Positions 48,901 through 58,225 of a DNA stretch of 64,000 nt are shown here, in pieces. Source of the DNA: a virus (Duplodnaviria; Heunggongvirae; Uroviricota; Caudoviricetes); IMG/VR virus record IMGVR_UViG_2645727901_000008. One strand, written 5' to 3'. The notes under the pieces are model-generated. The model searched no databases, was not told the DNA's origin, and worked only from the letters and a program-made list of their open reading frames with translations. The stretch's first letter is position 1. Every line of letters begins with the position of its first letter. A program made the translations under genes and the position numbers.

Positions 48901-49505
48901 CCAGAATCACTGAAGAGCGTATATCAGAGATTATTTCCCGTATCGAAATGTATGGTCACGGAGCTGGATATACGGCAGATGAAGTATTGGAAATAGCCCA
49001 GCAGATGCTGGCCTTGAGACAAAAAGAGCAACATGAAAGTAATACGTGTAGATTGAATTTTGAGCAGTGGCTGGAACAGCAACGCGGGAAAATCGATGTG
49101 GACTGTGGTTGTGTGTCCACTGAAACATTCATGCACTGGCTGCGGGTAGCTTACGAGGCTGGCAACTATCCGGATATTCCGGATAGTTCGGCGCAAGCAC
49201 CAGGGAAGGGGGGGTTCCCCGGAGAGCGGATCCGAATTAAGCCGCATGTTTACCGTGAACTGGTTAACCGCCTCCACGATACAGCGATCAAGTGTGCTGG
49301 CACCCAGCAATTACGGGAAAGAATTAGCCGCGTTTTGGGCGAAGTTATTACACCAGATCGTCATAAACAAGCCGAGAAAAGCGGCCTGGAAAGGAGTCAT
49401 CTTGAGGCGGCATTAAACATTAAACCGGGGCATACGCTAGGTGTCATTGATGCCATGTTGGTTCATGAAATGGCTAAGGCGTTATTGCCACTGGAGGCTG
49501 ATTAA
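48882..49505 (+). CDS. Hypothetical mosaic protein
   Basis: Shares PHVYRELVNRLHDTAIKCAGTQQLRERIS with the 40166 ORF and AGNYPDIPDS with the DUF551-like ORF. Confidence 0.5.
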   Translation: MAQKEMTRITEERISEIISRIEMYGHGAGYTADEVLEIAQQMLALRQKEQHESNTCRLNFEQWLEQQRGKIDVDCGCVSTETFMHWLRVAYEAGNYPDIPDSSAQAPGKGGFPGERIRIKPHVYRELVNRLHDTAIKCAGTQQLRERISRVLGEVITPDRHKQAEKSGLERSHLEAALNIKPGHTLGVIDAMLVHEMAKALLPLEAD

Positions 49506-49542
49506 ATTCCGGATAAAGCTGATATCTGATCACCATGCTAAA

Positions 49543-49571
49543 ATCCCCTCAATTCACAGAGGGGATTTTTG
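49543..49571 (+). terminator. Rho-independent terminator (atcccctc...gaggggat + TTTTT)
   Basis: Hairpin plus T-tract immediately after the long plus-strand early operon. Confidence 0.7.
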
Positions 49572-49574
49572 TAT

Positions 49575-49841
49575 ATGTTGCGTAGATTTTTAGGTAAAAG
49601 CGTTATTGTCGGTGCGATGTTGGCTATGTCTGGGTGTGCTATGGTGCAATACAATGACGGAGAAAAGGTTAGCATCCAGTCAGATGGTTGGTATGGCCTG
49701 GATAGCCTGCAAAAAACAGCGGATAAAGCCTGCCAGCAATACGGAAAGTCTAAAGCCGTATATCAGCATAGCGCGAACGCTAACCCTCATCTTGCGCCCG
49801 GTTCGGGTGTTCAGAATACCATCTGGAAATGTGAGCCTTAA
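49575..49841 (+). CDS. Small lipoprotein
   Basis: [21 protein letters not shown] signal peptide with lipobox. Confidence 0.55.
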   Translation: MLRRFLGKSVIVGAMLAMSGCAMVQYNDGEKVSIQSDGWYGLDSLQKTADKACQQYGKSKAVYQHSANANPHLAPGSGVQNTIWKCEP

Positions 49842-49843
49842 AC

Positions 49844-50092
49844 ATGAGCGACTGGAATATTGCAGCCAAAAGTCAGGAAGAACGGGATAAGGTTAACGTA
49901 GATCTGGCTGCCAGCGGTGTGGCGTACAAAGAGCGATTGAACATACCAGTCATAGCGGAACAGGTGGCCAGGGAACAACCTGAGCACTTGCGTGCATATT
50001 TCATGGAAAGACTACGTTATTACCGCGAGCAGAGCGTGAAACTACCAAAAGGAAGTGATCCGGTATATCAAAAGGCAGATCCACAAAAATAA
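49844..50092 (+). CDS. Hypothetical protein
   Basis: 82-aa ORF coupled to the lipoprotein gene. Confidence 0.45.
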   Translation: MSDWNIAAKSQEERDKVNVDLAASGVAYKERLNIPVIAEQVAREQPEHLRAYFMERLRYYREQSVKLPKGSDPVYQKADPQK

Positions 50093-50167
50093 GCCTTTTC
50101 AATAAGCTATATCACCACCAGCTAAAAAATACATTCTGACTTGCATGAAATGCGCCCTTTAGCGATA

Positions 50168-50187
50168 TACTGTATATAAACACAGTA
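50168..50187. promoter_or_regulatory. LexA (SOS) box TACTGTATATAAACACAGTA
   Basis: CTGT-N8-ACAG with AT-rich centre, 17 bp upstream of humD. Confidence 0.8.
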
Positions 50188-50203
50188 TTTAGGAGGGCGT
50201 ATA

Positions 50204-50596
50204 ATGGGATTCCCATCACCAGCAGCCGATTTTGCTGAAAGCAGAATTTCGCTTGACGCACAATTCATCAAACGACCAACCGCAACATATTTCATGCGGG
50301 CCGCCTGCTCACATCTCCGTGAGGGGATTTTGCAAGGTGCAATGCTGGTGGTTGATTCATCTCTTCCACCACTGGATGGTTCTCTACTCATATGTGCCGT
50401 AGAGGGAGAATTTCGCGTAAAGCGATACCGCAAGCATCCTCGCCCACACCTTGAGGATCTGGAAAGCGGAAGACGTGAGTCACTGCCAGATGATGATGAC
50501 AGCAGCTATTCCGGGAGTCAGGCCATATTCGGGGTAATCACATACATCATTAACGATGCCAGGAGTGGGGAATTTGATGATTGCCCGGTGATTTAA
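50204..50596 (+). CDS. humD: UmuD'-like protein HumD
   Basis: MGFPSPAADFAESRISLD... UmuD'-type sequence; preceded by a LexA box. Confidence 0.85.
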   Translation: MGFPSPAADFAESRISLDAQFIKRPTATYFMRAACSHLREGILQGAMLVVDSSLPPLDGSLLICAVEGEFRVKRYRKHPRPHLEDLESGRRESLPDDDDSSYSGSQAIFGVITYIINDARSGEFDDCPVI

Positions 50597-50668
50597 GCTG
50601 CAAAGAGCTGGTGCTTTATGCTTGTGAAGTTTATACTTGTGTACACATAACGAGTACACGAGGTGTTT

Positions 50669-50890
50669 ATGCAATCCATTAACTTCCGTACCGCGCGTGG
50701 CAACCTTTCTGAAGTGCTCAACAATGTTGAAGCCGGGGAAGAGGTTGAAATCACCCGCAGAGGCCGTGAGCCAGCAGTAATTGTCAGCAAGGCTACTTTC
50801 GAAGCCTACAAAAAAGCGGCGCTGGATGCTGAATTTGCATCCCTGTTTGACACCCTGGACTCCACCAACAAGGAACTGGTTAACCGATAA
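50669..50890 (+). CDS. phd: Phd antitoxin
   Basis: [73 protein letters not shown] matches P1 Phd as recalled; ATG at 50669. Confidence 0.95.
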
Positions 50891-51270
50891 TGAGGCATAT
50901 ATCACCGGAAGAACTTATTGCGCTTCATGATGCGAATATAAGCCGCTACGGCGGCCTGCCGGGAATGTCAGATCCGGGTAGGGCAGAGGCCATTATCGGG
51001 AGAGTTCAGGCCAGAGTTGCCTACGACGAGATCACCGACCTTTTCGAAGTCTCCGCCACCTACCTGGTGGCTACGGCGAGAGGGCATATATTCAATGATG
51101 CCAATAAGCGTACCGCGCTAAACAGTGCGCTGCTATTTCTACGCCGTAACGGTATACAGGTATATGATTCTCCCGTGCTGGTGGAACTTGCGGTGGGGGC
51201 CGCAACTGGTGAAATCCCCGTATCTTCAGTAGCGGAAAAACTACGTGAATTATTTGGTTCCAATATTTGA
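50890..51270 (+). CDS. doc: Doc toxin (Fic-fold)
   Basis: [45 protein letters not shown]...[23 protein letters not shown] close to P1 Doc as recalled, divergent at the C-terminus. Confidence 0.95.
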
Positions 51271-51273
51271 AAA

Positions 51274-51299
51274 GAAGCCCGCTCAACCAGGCGGGCTTC
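51274..51299. terminator. Bidirectional terminator-like hairpin (gaagcccgc...gcgggcttc)
   Basis: Hairpin between convergent doc and the minus-strand operon. Confidence 0.6.
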
Positions 51300-51353
51300 C
51301 TACTATCACTCAATGATTTTTTCTGCTGTCAGCCAGCTAATTCGGTGATGTTT

Positions 51354-52160
51354 TTAGGCGTCAGCATCAGCATCCTCCGCTACCTCTGCTTCCACATCAG
51401 CCACGGCTTCATCGGACGGTTCTTCTTTGGCCTGATCTGCAATCGCCGCACGGCATTTCGCCCTGGCTGTAGCGATTGCTTCAGCTCGCACATCATCAGG
51501 AATCGTTGACGTGATATACATATCCACTTCTTCGGCGCGGAACACTGTTTGGTCCAGATATTCGCGTAGCATCCAGGTAAATTCGAAATCACACGCGATA
51601 ATCTCTGCGCTACCTTCTGCACCATTTGAGAAATGAATAAATGCCTGTTTAGCCAAACCGATAACACGACATGCGGTTGCCAAAACAGCGACAACTAGGT
51701 TTACATTTTCACACGCTACGGGCTGATTAACGCCGGAGATTACTCCATTTAACTGTCGGTTATATGGAAGGTAGTTTGAGATGCGTTCTACGCGCCATGT
51801 GCCAGTCAGGCTGCCATTTTTAAATATAATTGGTGTAACGGATAGCCCAAGCTCGCGTATAAGTCGTTGCGCTATAGCAGGATCATTAAACAGGTCTAAT
51901 GCTATACATTCGAAAGACTGCGCAAGGGCAAACAGTTCTTCCAGAGAGTAGTCTTTGCCCCTGGCGGTGATGTAACGACGAACGCCGCTGTCTGCATCAC
52001 TCCATATAGCTACGCCATGCTCTTCATTCAGCACTTCATTAAAGCCGAGATACGTCATGATAGTGCGTTCAATCGTGTCAAACGGCAGTGACATGTCGGC
52101 GTTAACAGCCACCAGCAGGCCATTACGCAAGCGGTATTGAATTGTTTTGGTGCTTTCCAT
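51354..52160 (-). CDS. Hypothetical protein with acidic C-terminus
   Basis: 268-aa ORF, last gene of a minus-strand operon. Confidence 0.5.
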   Translation of the reverse strand: MESTKTIQYRLRNGLLVAVNADMSLPFDTIERTIMTYLGFNEVLNEEHGVAIWSDADSGVRRYITARGKDYSLEELFALAQSFECIALDLFNDPAIAQRLIRELGLSVTPIIFKNGSLTGTWRVERISNYLPYNRQLNGVISGVNQPVACENVNLVVAVLATACRVIGLAKQAFIHFSNGAEGSAEIIACDFEFTWMLREYLDQTVFRAEEVDMYITSTIPDDVRAEAIATARAKCRAAIADQAKEEPSDEAVADVEAEVAEDADADA

Positions 52161-52166
52161 GTCAAA

Positions 52167-52844
52167 TCACTCCACTACAAACCAGTCACATGCCAGTAAG
52201 TCGCCTACAGAAGGAACCCACGGAACAACTACACCTTGTGCATTTTTTAAGGCGAAATAAGCACCATACGGAACGAGGTCGCCGGGGAAATATCCCTTAA
52301 TGGGTTCCATTCGTGCCGGGTACTGTCCTTCAGGAACCAGCCAGCAGAATTGGTTTTCGCCGTTCCACCCGCGTCGAGCAACTTTCTTGCCATCCTTCAG
52401 CCACATCAGCGCGTCAGAAAAGTCGGCTGCTTCAAGGTCGATTTCTTCTTGCTGGGTGGTGATGCCACCAGCAGAAATAGTTACGCTCCCGGTAAGATTA
52501 ATCATCACGCCGTTGTCATCCGTAATGATGACCGTGGTTCCATTTTTGGCGGCGTCGTTAACCAGGCCATAGCGTTCCTCAAATGGTTTCTCCGGGGCAT
52601 AGAACAAATAACCGTTTTCATAAACGATCAGATACCCGCCAGTTTTTGGTCGGTGTTTTTGTAAAAACATTGCGTCAACACAAACTGTTGCCCCTTTTGG
52701 CTCAACGAGTTCGATGCAGCCCCAAAGTGGGGCATCAGTTACTCCGAAAATAACAACATTTTTGATTTTCGATGCACTAACGTTTTTGTGAGCTTTGTAT
52801 TTGGGAAGGAACTTAAAAAGCTCTTTCGTTGCCATGTTATTCAT
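52167..52844 (-). CDS. Protein with C-terminal DUF2829-like domain (Tad2-like anti-Thoeris family fold?)
   Basis: C-terminal DFSDALMWLKDGKKVARRGWNGENQF...VVPWVPSVGDLLACDWFVVE resembles DUF2829 as recalled. Confidence 0.5.
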   Translation of the reverse strand: MNNMATKELFKFLPKYKAHKNVSASKIKNVVIFGVTDAPLWGCIELVEPKGATVCVDAMFLQKHRPKTGGYLIVYENGYLFYAPEKPFEERYGLVNDAAKNGTTVIITDDNGVMINLTGSVTISAGGITTQQEEIDLEAADFSDALMWLKDGKKVARRGWNGENQFCWLVPEGQYPARMEPIKGYFPGDLVPYGAYFALKNAQGVVVPWVPSVGDLLACDWFVVE

Positions 52845-52858
52845 AGTCTTTTCTCTGC

Positions 52859-53353
52859 TTATAACTTTTCGTACTGAAGCGGTGAACGCTTAATTTCAAA
52901 GTGGCCTTCCGATGTGCTACCAAAGCCACCAGCACCACGTTCCGTTTCGTTGAGTTCCTCAACCTCGACTAGTGAGACTTGTTCAACACGCTCAAAAATG
53001 CCTTGCATGACAGCCATTCCTGGCTTGAGACAAACGCCTTCCCCGCCGGGATCAGTAATCAGTTTTGCCATGATTTCACCGCGATAATCGGAGTCGATAA
53101 TTCCTACGCAGTTAGCCAGGCGAGTATGTTTTTTGCAGCCCAATCCGGATCGCGGATAGAGTTTCAGACACCAGCCGGGCGGGATCTCCATAGCCAGTCC
53201 GGTATACACCCACCAGCTTGAGGAAATTGCACCATTGCTATCGACGCATGTTTTTATTTCAACAGCCTCAAAATCCATCGCCGCCGATCCGGAGGTGGCA
53301 TAAGCTGGAAGTTTTGCTGCCGGATGTAGGCGTTTCACTTTTACGTAAATCAT
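52859..53353 (-). CDS. dut: dUTP diphosphatase (Dut)
   Basis: GIIDSDYRGE motif and overall similarity to trimeric dUTPases. Confidence 0.85.
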   Translation of the reverse strand: MIYVKVKRLHPAAKLPAYATSGSAAMDFEAVEIKTCVDSNGAISSSWWVYTGLAMEIPPGWCLKLYPRSGLGCKKHTRLANCVGIIDSDYRGEIMAKLITDPGGEGVCLKPGMAVMQGIFERVEQVSLVEVEELNETERGAGGFGSTSEGHFEIKRSPLQYEKL

Positions 53354-53826
53354 TGTTTTTTAGCTCTCTGCGTGAAGGTGTAAACCCGACGTTTGATATG
53401 TGGAACGGTAGGAACAGGAAGACAGGAACTTTCAATAACCCCTTGCTCCTCCAGCGATCGCACCGCCCGCAAGAACTGCGACGTGTCGCCGCCAAACTGG
53501 CGGGCATAGGTGCTGCCGTTAAGAAGTATTTGAGCTATTACCCGAGCTTTTGTCTGGCTGTCACGATATGCGAATAGCCGCACGGCCTCTTCTGGCGCAA
53601 TCGCTAACTGATAGCCTTTACCGGCACGGTGTCGAATGAATCCATGCGCCAGTAGGTTTTTGAGTTCGTTACGAGTGCGAACAGATCCGTAATCCAGGAA
53701 GTGCGGATTAATAACGACTGGCTTAAACCATTCCGTAGGTGCTTTAGCTAATAGAGCTAACAGCTTTCCGGACAATTCTGGATAGGAAGACGGGTAACAA
53801 TTCAGAGATGGGTAATAAGTTTTCAC
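53350..53826 (-). CDS. Hypothetical protein
   Basis: 158-aa ORF coupled to dut. Confidence 0.5.
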   Translation of the reverse strand: MKTYYPSLNCYPSSYPELSGKLLALLAKAPTEWFKPVVINPHFLDYGSVRTRNELKNLLAHGFIRHRAGKGYQLAIAPEEAVRLFAYRDSQTKARVIAQILLNGSTYARQFGGDTSQFLRAVRSLEEQGVIESSCLPVPTVPHIKRRVYTFTQRAKKQ

Positions 53827-54167
53827 CGACGCCCCCTTGCAGGATATCGACCTGCATCAGTATCCGGTGCGATAAAGCCGGTAGTGGGGCGAGTGAAAGC
53901 GAGATTAATCTTCTCGACCATAGTGCGATAATTTTCCTGATAGTGGGCCAGGAGTTTTTCGGCGGCAATGATGGTTACTTTCCGGACGTAGCTTTCTGCT
54001 TCCTCCAGATTTCGCCAGTTTTTTTCGAGGGTAAACACAGGGACGGCCTCAAGCCCGGTCATGATGCCGAATACAACGACAGCATGACTGTTCTTAACAC
54101 CAGCAGCGAAGGTTACGGTGTAACCATCCACCTTAAAGCGTCTTGATTCCGTGATTTGACTCTGCAA
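53823..54167 (-). CDS. Hypothetical protein, first gene of the minus-strand operon
   Basis: 114-aa ORF; operator-like motif about 57 bp upstream. Confidence 0.5.
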   Translation of the reverse strand: MQSQITESRRFKVDGYTVTFAAGVKNSHAVVVFGIMTGLEAVPVFTLEKNWRNLEEAESYVRKVTIIAAEKLLAHYQENYRTMVEKINLAFTRPTTGFIAPDTDAGRYPARGRR

Positions 54168-54223
54168 AGCACCCTCCGAAATAGGCGAGGGTACTTTACA
54201 GCAAAGATAACAATCTAAAAAGA

Positions 54224-54240
54224 TGTGTTAGAAATTTAAT
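54224..54240. promoter_or_regulatory. Operator-like motif (gtgttagaaatttaat)
   Basis: TTTCTAACA family between cre stop and the start at 54167. Confidence 0.45.
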
Positions 54241-55269
54241 TTATGAATCCATCAGGCGGCTATTAGCCCCCACAGACACGCCGCCACGGCGCAGATACCG
54301 CATAAGTGTTTCCGGTTTCTTCCAGGTTCCTTCCTGCATGATCTCCACCATAGACACCTGCTTTTCAGCCATATCGATAGCGGCCCCGACACGAGCACTA
54401 TGCCCGGTCCACGTCCGGTATCTCCCTTTGTTTGGCGTGGCATCTCTTTTATTCAGCAACACCCAGGCGTCGCTGAATATTTTCTCCATTGCAGGTGCAG
54501 TAAGGGGAGTTGTCGTAATCCTGGCCTTATTGCTACGGTGTATCGGCGGGAACAGCACCGCGTCAGGATGTTCACGAAGCCCGGAAACATCCAGCCAGTC
54601 ATTCAGCACTGCGGTAGTGCGACGGGAAAGCACCTTATCAAGCCCGGCGGCGGTCGTTATTGTCTTCGTGTGTGAAATATGTAGCGTGACAGTGTCACCT
54701 GTTTGGTCCAGATCTCCTACACGAATACGCGAGATTTCAGACATTCGCATCAGCGTATTGTATGCAACGAAGAGGAAAGCCCGGTTACGCAGGTCCACCA
54801 GCCGTTCTGACCTGGACAACAGGACGTCGAGCAGTTTCAGATCGTCCCACCGCAGCGGTATAGCCTGGCCTGTTCGTTCGCCTTTTTCCGTTGCCGCTTC
54901 GCGCCGGATGCGCCGCATAGCCAGAGAAACACTTTTATCATCCGAAAGTGGCGGAAGGCCACAATGCGAAAGCAGCATGTTAAGCATGGCGTAGTGCTTA
55001 TCAATGGTGGTCGAAGCCAGATCAGCATCATGCAGCTGAAGAAAATACTCGCGGGCCATCTCTGGTGAGATCGGGAACCAAGCGAGCTGGCGAGCGTGGC
55101 ACCATCGCGCCCAGGAGTGAAACACTAACCGGAGATCGCGCAAAGTATTCGGCGCGTAAGCCCCCTGGTCATTCATGAACCGCATAAAGTTTTCTGCGGC
55201 CTCCTGGTACTCTTTGCCAATGTTGCGCAGAAAACCACCGGAGCTGCCAGAGATAATTAATTCACTCAT
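54241..55269 (-). CDS. cre: Cre-family tyrosine recombinase (divergent Cre homolog)
   Basis: Collinear with P1 Cre with many substitutions (WARWC, LAMRRIRRE, NRAFLFVAYNTLMRMSEISRIRVGDL, WTGHSARVGAAIDMA); active-site R/H/R/W/Y-containing blocks present. Confidence 0.9.
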   Translation of the reverse strand: MSELIISGSSGGFLRNIGKEYQEAAENFMRFMNDQGAYAPNTLRDLRLVFHSWARWCHARQLAWFPISPEMAREYFLQLHDADLASTTIDKHYAMLNMLLSHCGLPPLSDDKSVSLAMRRIRREAATEKGERTGQAIPLRWDDLKLLDVLLSRSERLVDLRNRAFLFVAYNTLMRMSEISRIRVGDLDQTGDTVTLHISHTKTITTAAGLDKVLSRRTTAVLNDWLDVSGLREHPDAVLFPPIHRSNKARITTTPLTAPAMEKIFSDAWVLLNKRDATPNKGRYRTWTGHSARVGAAIDMAEKQVSMVEIMQEGTWKKPETLMRYLRRGGVSVGANSRLMDS

Positions 55270-55418
55270 GAAACTATTTAACCTCTATATACAGATGACG
55301 CTACGCAAAAATATAAAAATGACAGGGTAGCTATAAGTTAATTTTCAAAATTCAAGCCTTTGATTCGAGGCACGTATTTTTAGTGATGTCAACACTGATC
55401 ATCTACCCATGATTATAG

Positions 55419-55454
55419 TCTAACTTTAAATAATGCCAATTATCTAAAGTTAGA
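55419..55454. other. lox-like recombination site: 13/14-bp inverted arms around an 8-bp spacer (CTAACTTTAAATA-ATGCCAAT-TATCTAAAGTTAG)
   Basis: Same architecture as loxP with shared arm positions (TAACTT...ATA) and spacer starting ATG; about 150 bp upstream of cre. Confidence 0.7.
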
Positions 55455-55624
55455 AACTTAGGAATTTTTTTCCTTTCCCCGTAGATGGGCAATGCATTGC
55501 TGGCGTGGGCTTTAAGTTATGCCTGGCAGTTTTTAAGCAGAATTTTCTAAATTGGATGACAAAAAAATGCATCTTGATCCTTTACTCACCCTGTTATTCG
55601 GCATAGATTTGTCATAGTAATTTT

Positions 55625-55641
55625 ATGTTAGAAAACTAAAT
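55625..55641. promoter_or_regulatory. Operator-like motif (atgttagaaaactaaat)
   Basis: TTTTCTAACA family, 13 bp upstream of the ATG at 55654. Confidence 0.45.
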
Positions 55642-55653
55642 CGAGTAGGAATA

Positions 55654-56691
55654 ATGAGTAAGAAGTCGATCGAGAAAGAGTACAAACGGTTCCTGCAAAC
55701 CGCTGAACGGTGGAAAGAGCTGGTGGTCGCAAACTCTGTTTTCCATGATACCAGTTATGCCGGCGAGGAATTCCGCCACGTTGCACTAACACATGATCAG
55801 AATGTACTAGAAGAAGCTGAAAAGTGCCTCACAGAATGGAAAGCCTTTGTTGACTTGTGCCGTAACGCTGACGGCAAAGCGTCCAACATTGTTGAGTCTG
55901 TATATTCTCCGATCCCATTCATTATTGAGGACACAAATCAAAGCACGCATATTGTTGTGCAAAGCGCGACCACCACCCGCTCATTTACGCGCGAAAATCT
56001 GCTCAAAAAATATGATGCAATTATAAAGAAAAGCCTGAAAAACAAGATATTTTCGCAGATTGTTGGTGCACTTGAAGAAGAGCGCCGTTTTTTCGCATCA
56101 GAACCTGAAGGGGAAGTTTACCGGGCGCGCAAAGATGGATACACAGATGTAGTGCTTACAACAAACATTGAAGGCAGCAATGCTCTGTCACGATTCAGGG
56201 TAGGCGCACACGGAGCCTTAGTGTTCGCAAAACTTCCGAACACCACAGTGCCCGTTGTTAATAATGTCGGCGAACGTCGCAGCATTACTATTTATTCTGG
56301 GGTTGAGTCGATACCTTGCGGCCTGCTTGGTGACTTTAGCCTCTATCGCGTTCGCGATCTGGAGAAACACCAACCAAGCTATGTTGCGAAGTCATATATC
56401 TTGCGAAACATCGACATCCGCAATGAGAGCTTAAAGAACAAATCAGCCAAAATGCTTGAGGAAGCCGATCCGGCTATTCGCCATATCATTGAGCGTAAAA
56501 TACAGACAGCACGCGAAGCGATGGCGAGACTGAATAAAATGGATCTGGAGTTGTTAGACGTAATGATGACATCCGGAGATGACCTGACAGGCATAAAACT
56601 GACAGACGCGCGGAAAAGATACGGTAAAACCATAGAAGAACGTTACGGGTTCACTTTCTCCCAAACACAGCACGCCGCTAAACTCTGGTAA
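55654..56691 (+). CDS. Hypothetical protein adjacent to lox (candidate regulator)
   Basis: 345-aa ORF with RBS; no recognisable motif. Confidence 0.55.
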   Translation: MSKKSIEKEYKRFLQTAERWKELVVANSVFHDTSYAGEEFRHVALTHDQNVLEEAEKCLTEWKAFVDLCRNADGKASNIVESVYSPIPFIIEDTNQSTHIVVQSATTTRSFTRENLLKKYDAIIKKSLKNKIFSQIVGALEEERRFFASEPEGEVYRARKDGYTDVVLTTNIEGSNALSRFRVGAHGALVFAKLPNTTVPVVNNVGERRSITIYSGVESIPCGLLGDFSLYRVRDLEKHQPSYVAKSYILRNIDIRNESLKNKSAKMLEEADPAIRHIIERKIQTAREAMARLNKMDLELLDVMMTSGDDLTGIKLTDARKRYGKTIEERYGFTFSQTQHAAKLW

Positions 56692-56696
56692 TCACA

Positions 56697-56725
56697 AGCC
56701 CCGCATTGCCGGGGCTTTATATATC
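56697..56725 (+). terminator. Terminator hairpin (agccccgcattgccggggct + TTATATAT)
   Basis: Between convergent 55654..56691 and pacB. Confidence 0.6.
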
Positions 56726-58225
56726 CAGATCTGGCATTTCCACATCTGCAAGAACCTGATCGCGGAAGGTAGCCATTTCAGCGCCGATATCTTCATTAGC
56801 AGGAACATAGTCCACCAGCATTGTAAAGCAGTAGGTATCCCATCGGTCAGGTGATTTGATGTTCAGCTTTTGCCGCATGTGCTCCTTGCGCATCATCGCC
56901 ATCTTCCCTTCTTCATTAAGTAAAAAGGGGATTTTTGACGCTTGCTCTGCCGTTTTAGGGTCACTGTCTATTCGCATACGACCTGACTTTATGGCATCAC
57001 GAGCCATAATATTTGCGTAGGCACGTTGGTTAACAAAACGCTCCTTGTCTTTGTTCGAAAACATGGGTTTCCCCCACCGAATACGTACCGGATTAGCCCC
57101 ACGGCGCACCAGCTGCGCACAGGTATCTGAACCAAAACCGTCTGCGTCAACCGCGATTGTAATATTCGGGTATTTATCCGGCGTGCATTCGTTGTATATA
57201 AAGTCAGCAAAAGCCAGCGGGTCCATAGTCCCTGGCATTTCCATTATCTTAAAGTTAACAACGCGCCGCTTATTCCTGTGACCTGACACCTTGCAGATGT
57301 TAAGGACCGACTTGTCTCGCCCGTTCCCAACGTCAGCTGTCGCTACCCACCCCCAATTTTTCTCCAACAACACCTTGCGCCGCGCAGCGCGATCGCATTC
57401 ATCACGACCAAGCAAATAGCCGTTAATCTCCCGAGGGAACTGACCAAGCACCTTAACCATATACTCAATAGAATCGCGCCCGCCATATTCCAGGAGTTTC
57501 TGCCTGATGAATTGTGGTGTGACGAACGGTGATTCTTCTGAGTTAAGAACAATTGCTGTCCAGATCCCTTTCGGGTTGTCTGGGGTTTTAGCTTGAGAAT
57601 GGTGCGAATCGTAGAAATAACCACTTGGCCTTGTTGGCTGGGATAGCATCAACATTCGGTTATCTTCTTCAGTAAGAGCACCGGTCATTACGCCGATCGC
57701 CTTATCAGATATACCAGATGCTTCATCCAGAATTAGAAGCAAATGTGCCGCGTGTTCCCCCGCCAGCGCTTCTTCGTTGCCGAGTCGATAACCTTTGCAG
57801 AGAACTTCCCAAATCCCCTTACGGGAGCGCTCATAAAACATGGTGTCAGAGAGGACAAAATAGGTCTGCAACCACCCATGACGCTTAACTGCATTCGCCC
57901 AATACTGTTTAACGTATTTGAATACGCCTGTTTTTACCTGGCCTATCTTGTTAGCAACAATGATGACACGGGCATCGGGGAACAGGATCATAAAAATCAA
58001 CAGCAACATCGCGGTAAGGGACGACTTCCCCGTTCCGTGTCCGGACGTGACGGTAGTCCTACTCCCCGTTTCCTGCACTGACTGAATGATCTGCTGCTGC
58101 TGGTGGGAGGGGAACATCCCAAAAATATCGACAACAGCCTGGGTAAAGTTGTAGCGGTATTTGATTACCATATCGCGCCAGCGTGGATCGCTGGTGACGC
58201 ATTTAATCTTGCGCCCGCCAGCCAT
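56717..58225 (-). CDS. pacB: Terminase large subunit (PacB-like)
   Basis: 502 aa, Walker A-like GHGTGKS, downstream of and overlapping the PacA-like gene. Confidence 0.75.
   Translation of the reverse strand: MAGGRKIKCVTSDPRWRDMVIKYRYNFTQAVVDIFGMFPSHQQQQIIQSVQETGSRTTVTSGHGTGKSSLTAMLLLIFMILFPDARVIIVANKIGQVKTGVFKYVKQYWANAVKRHGWLQTYFVLSDTMFYERSRKGIWEVLCKGYRLGNEEALAGEHAAHLLLILDEASGISDKAIGVMTGALTEEDNRMLMLSQPTRPSGYFYDSHHSQAKTPDNPKGIWTAIVLNSEESPFVTPQFIRQKLLEYGGRDSIEYMVKVLGQFPREINGYLLGRDECDRAARRKVLLEKNWGWVATADVGNGRDKSVLNICKVSGHRNKRRVVNFKIMEMPGTMDPLAFADFIYNECTPDKYPNITIAVDADGFGSDTCAQLVRRGANPVRIRWGKPMFSNKDKERFVNQRAYANIMARDAIKSGRMRIDSDPKTAEQASKIPFLLNEEGKMAMMRKEHMRQKLNIKSPDRWDTYCFTMLVDYVPANEDIGAEMATFRDQVLADVEMPDLDI

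Noticed and set aside
54241-55269. Tyrosine recombinase as a chromosomal integrase of an integrative element
   Set aside because: Sequence is Cre-like rather than lambda-Int-like, and it sits next to a lox-type site in an element with its own replicon and partition systems; no attL/attR-like direct repeats of a tRNA 3' end were seen.
55654-56691. Assignment of the lox-adjacent 345-aa ORF as the C1 immunity repressor
   Set aside because: Position and an operator-like motif in its promoter are suggestive, but the protein does not match my recollection of P1 C1 and has no recognisable DNA-binding motif; left as hypothetical.
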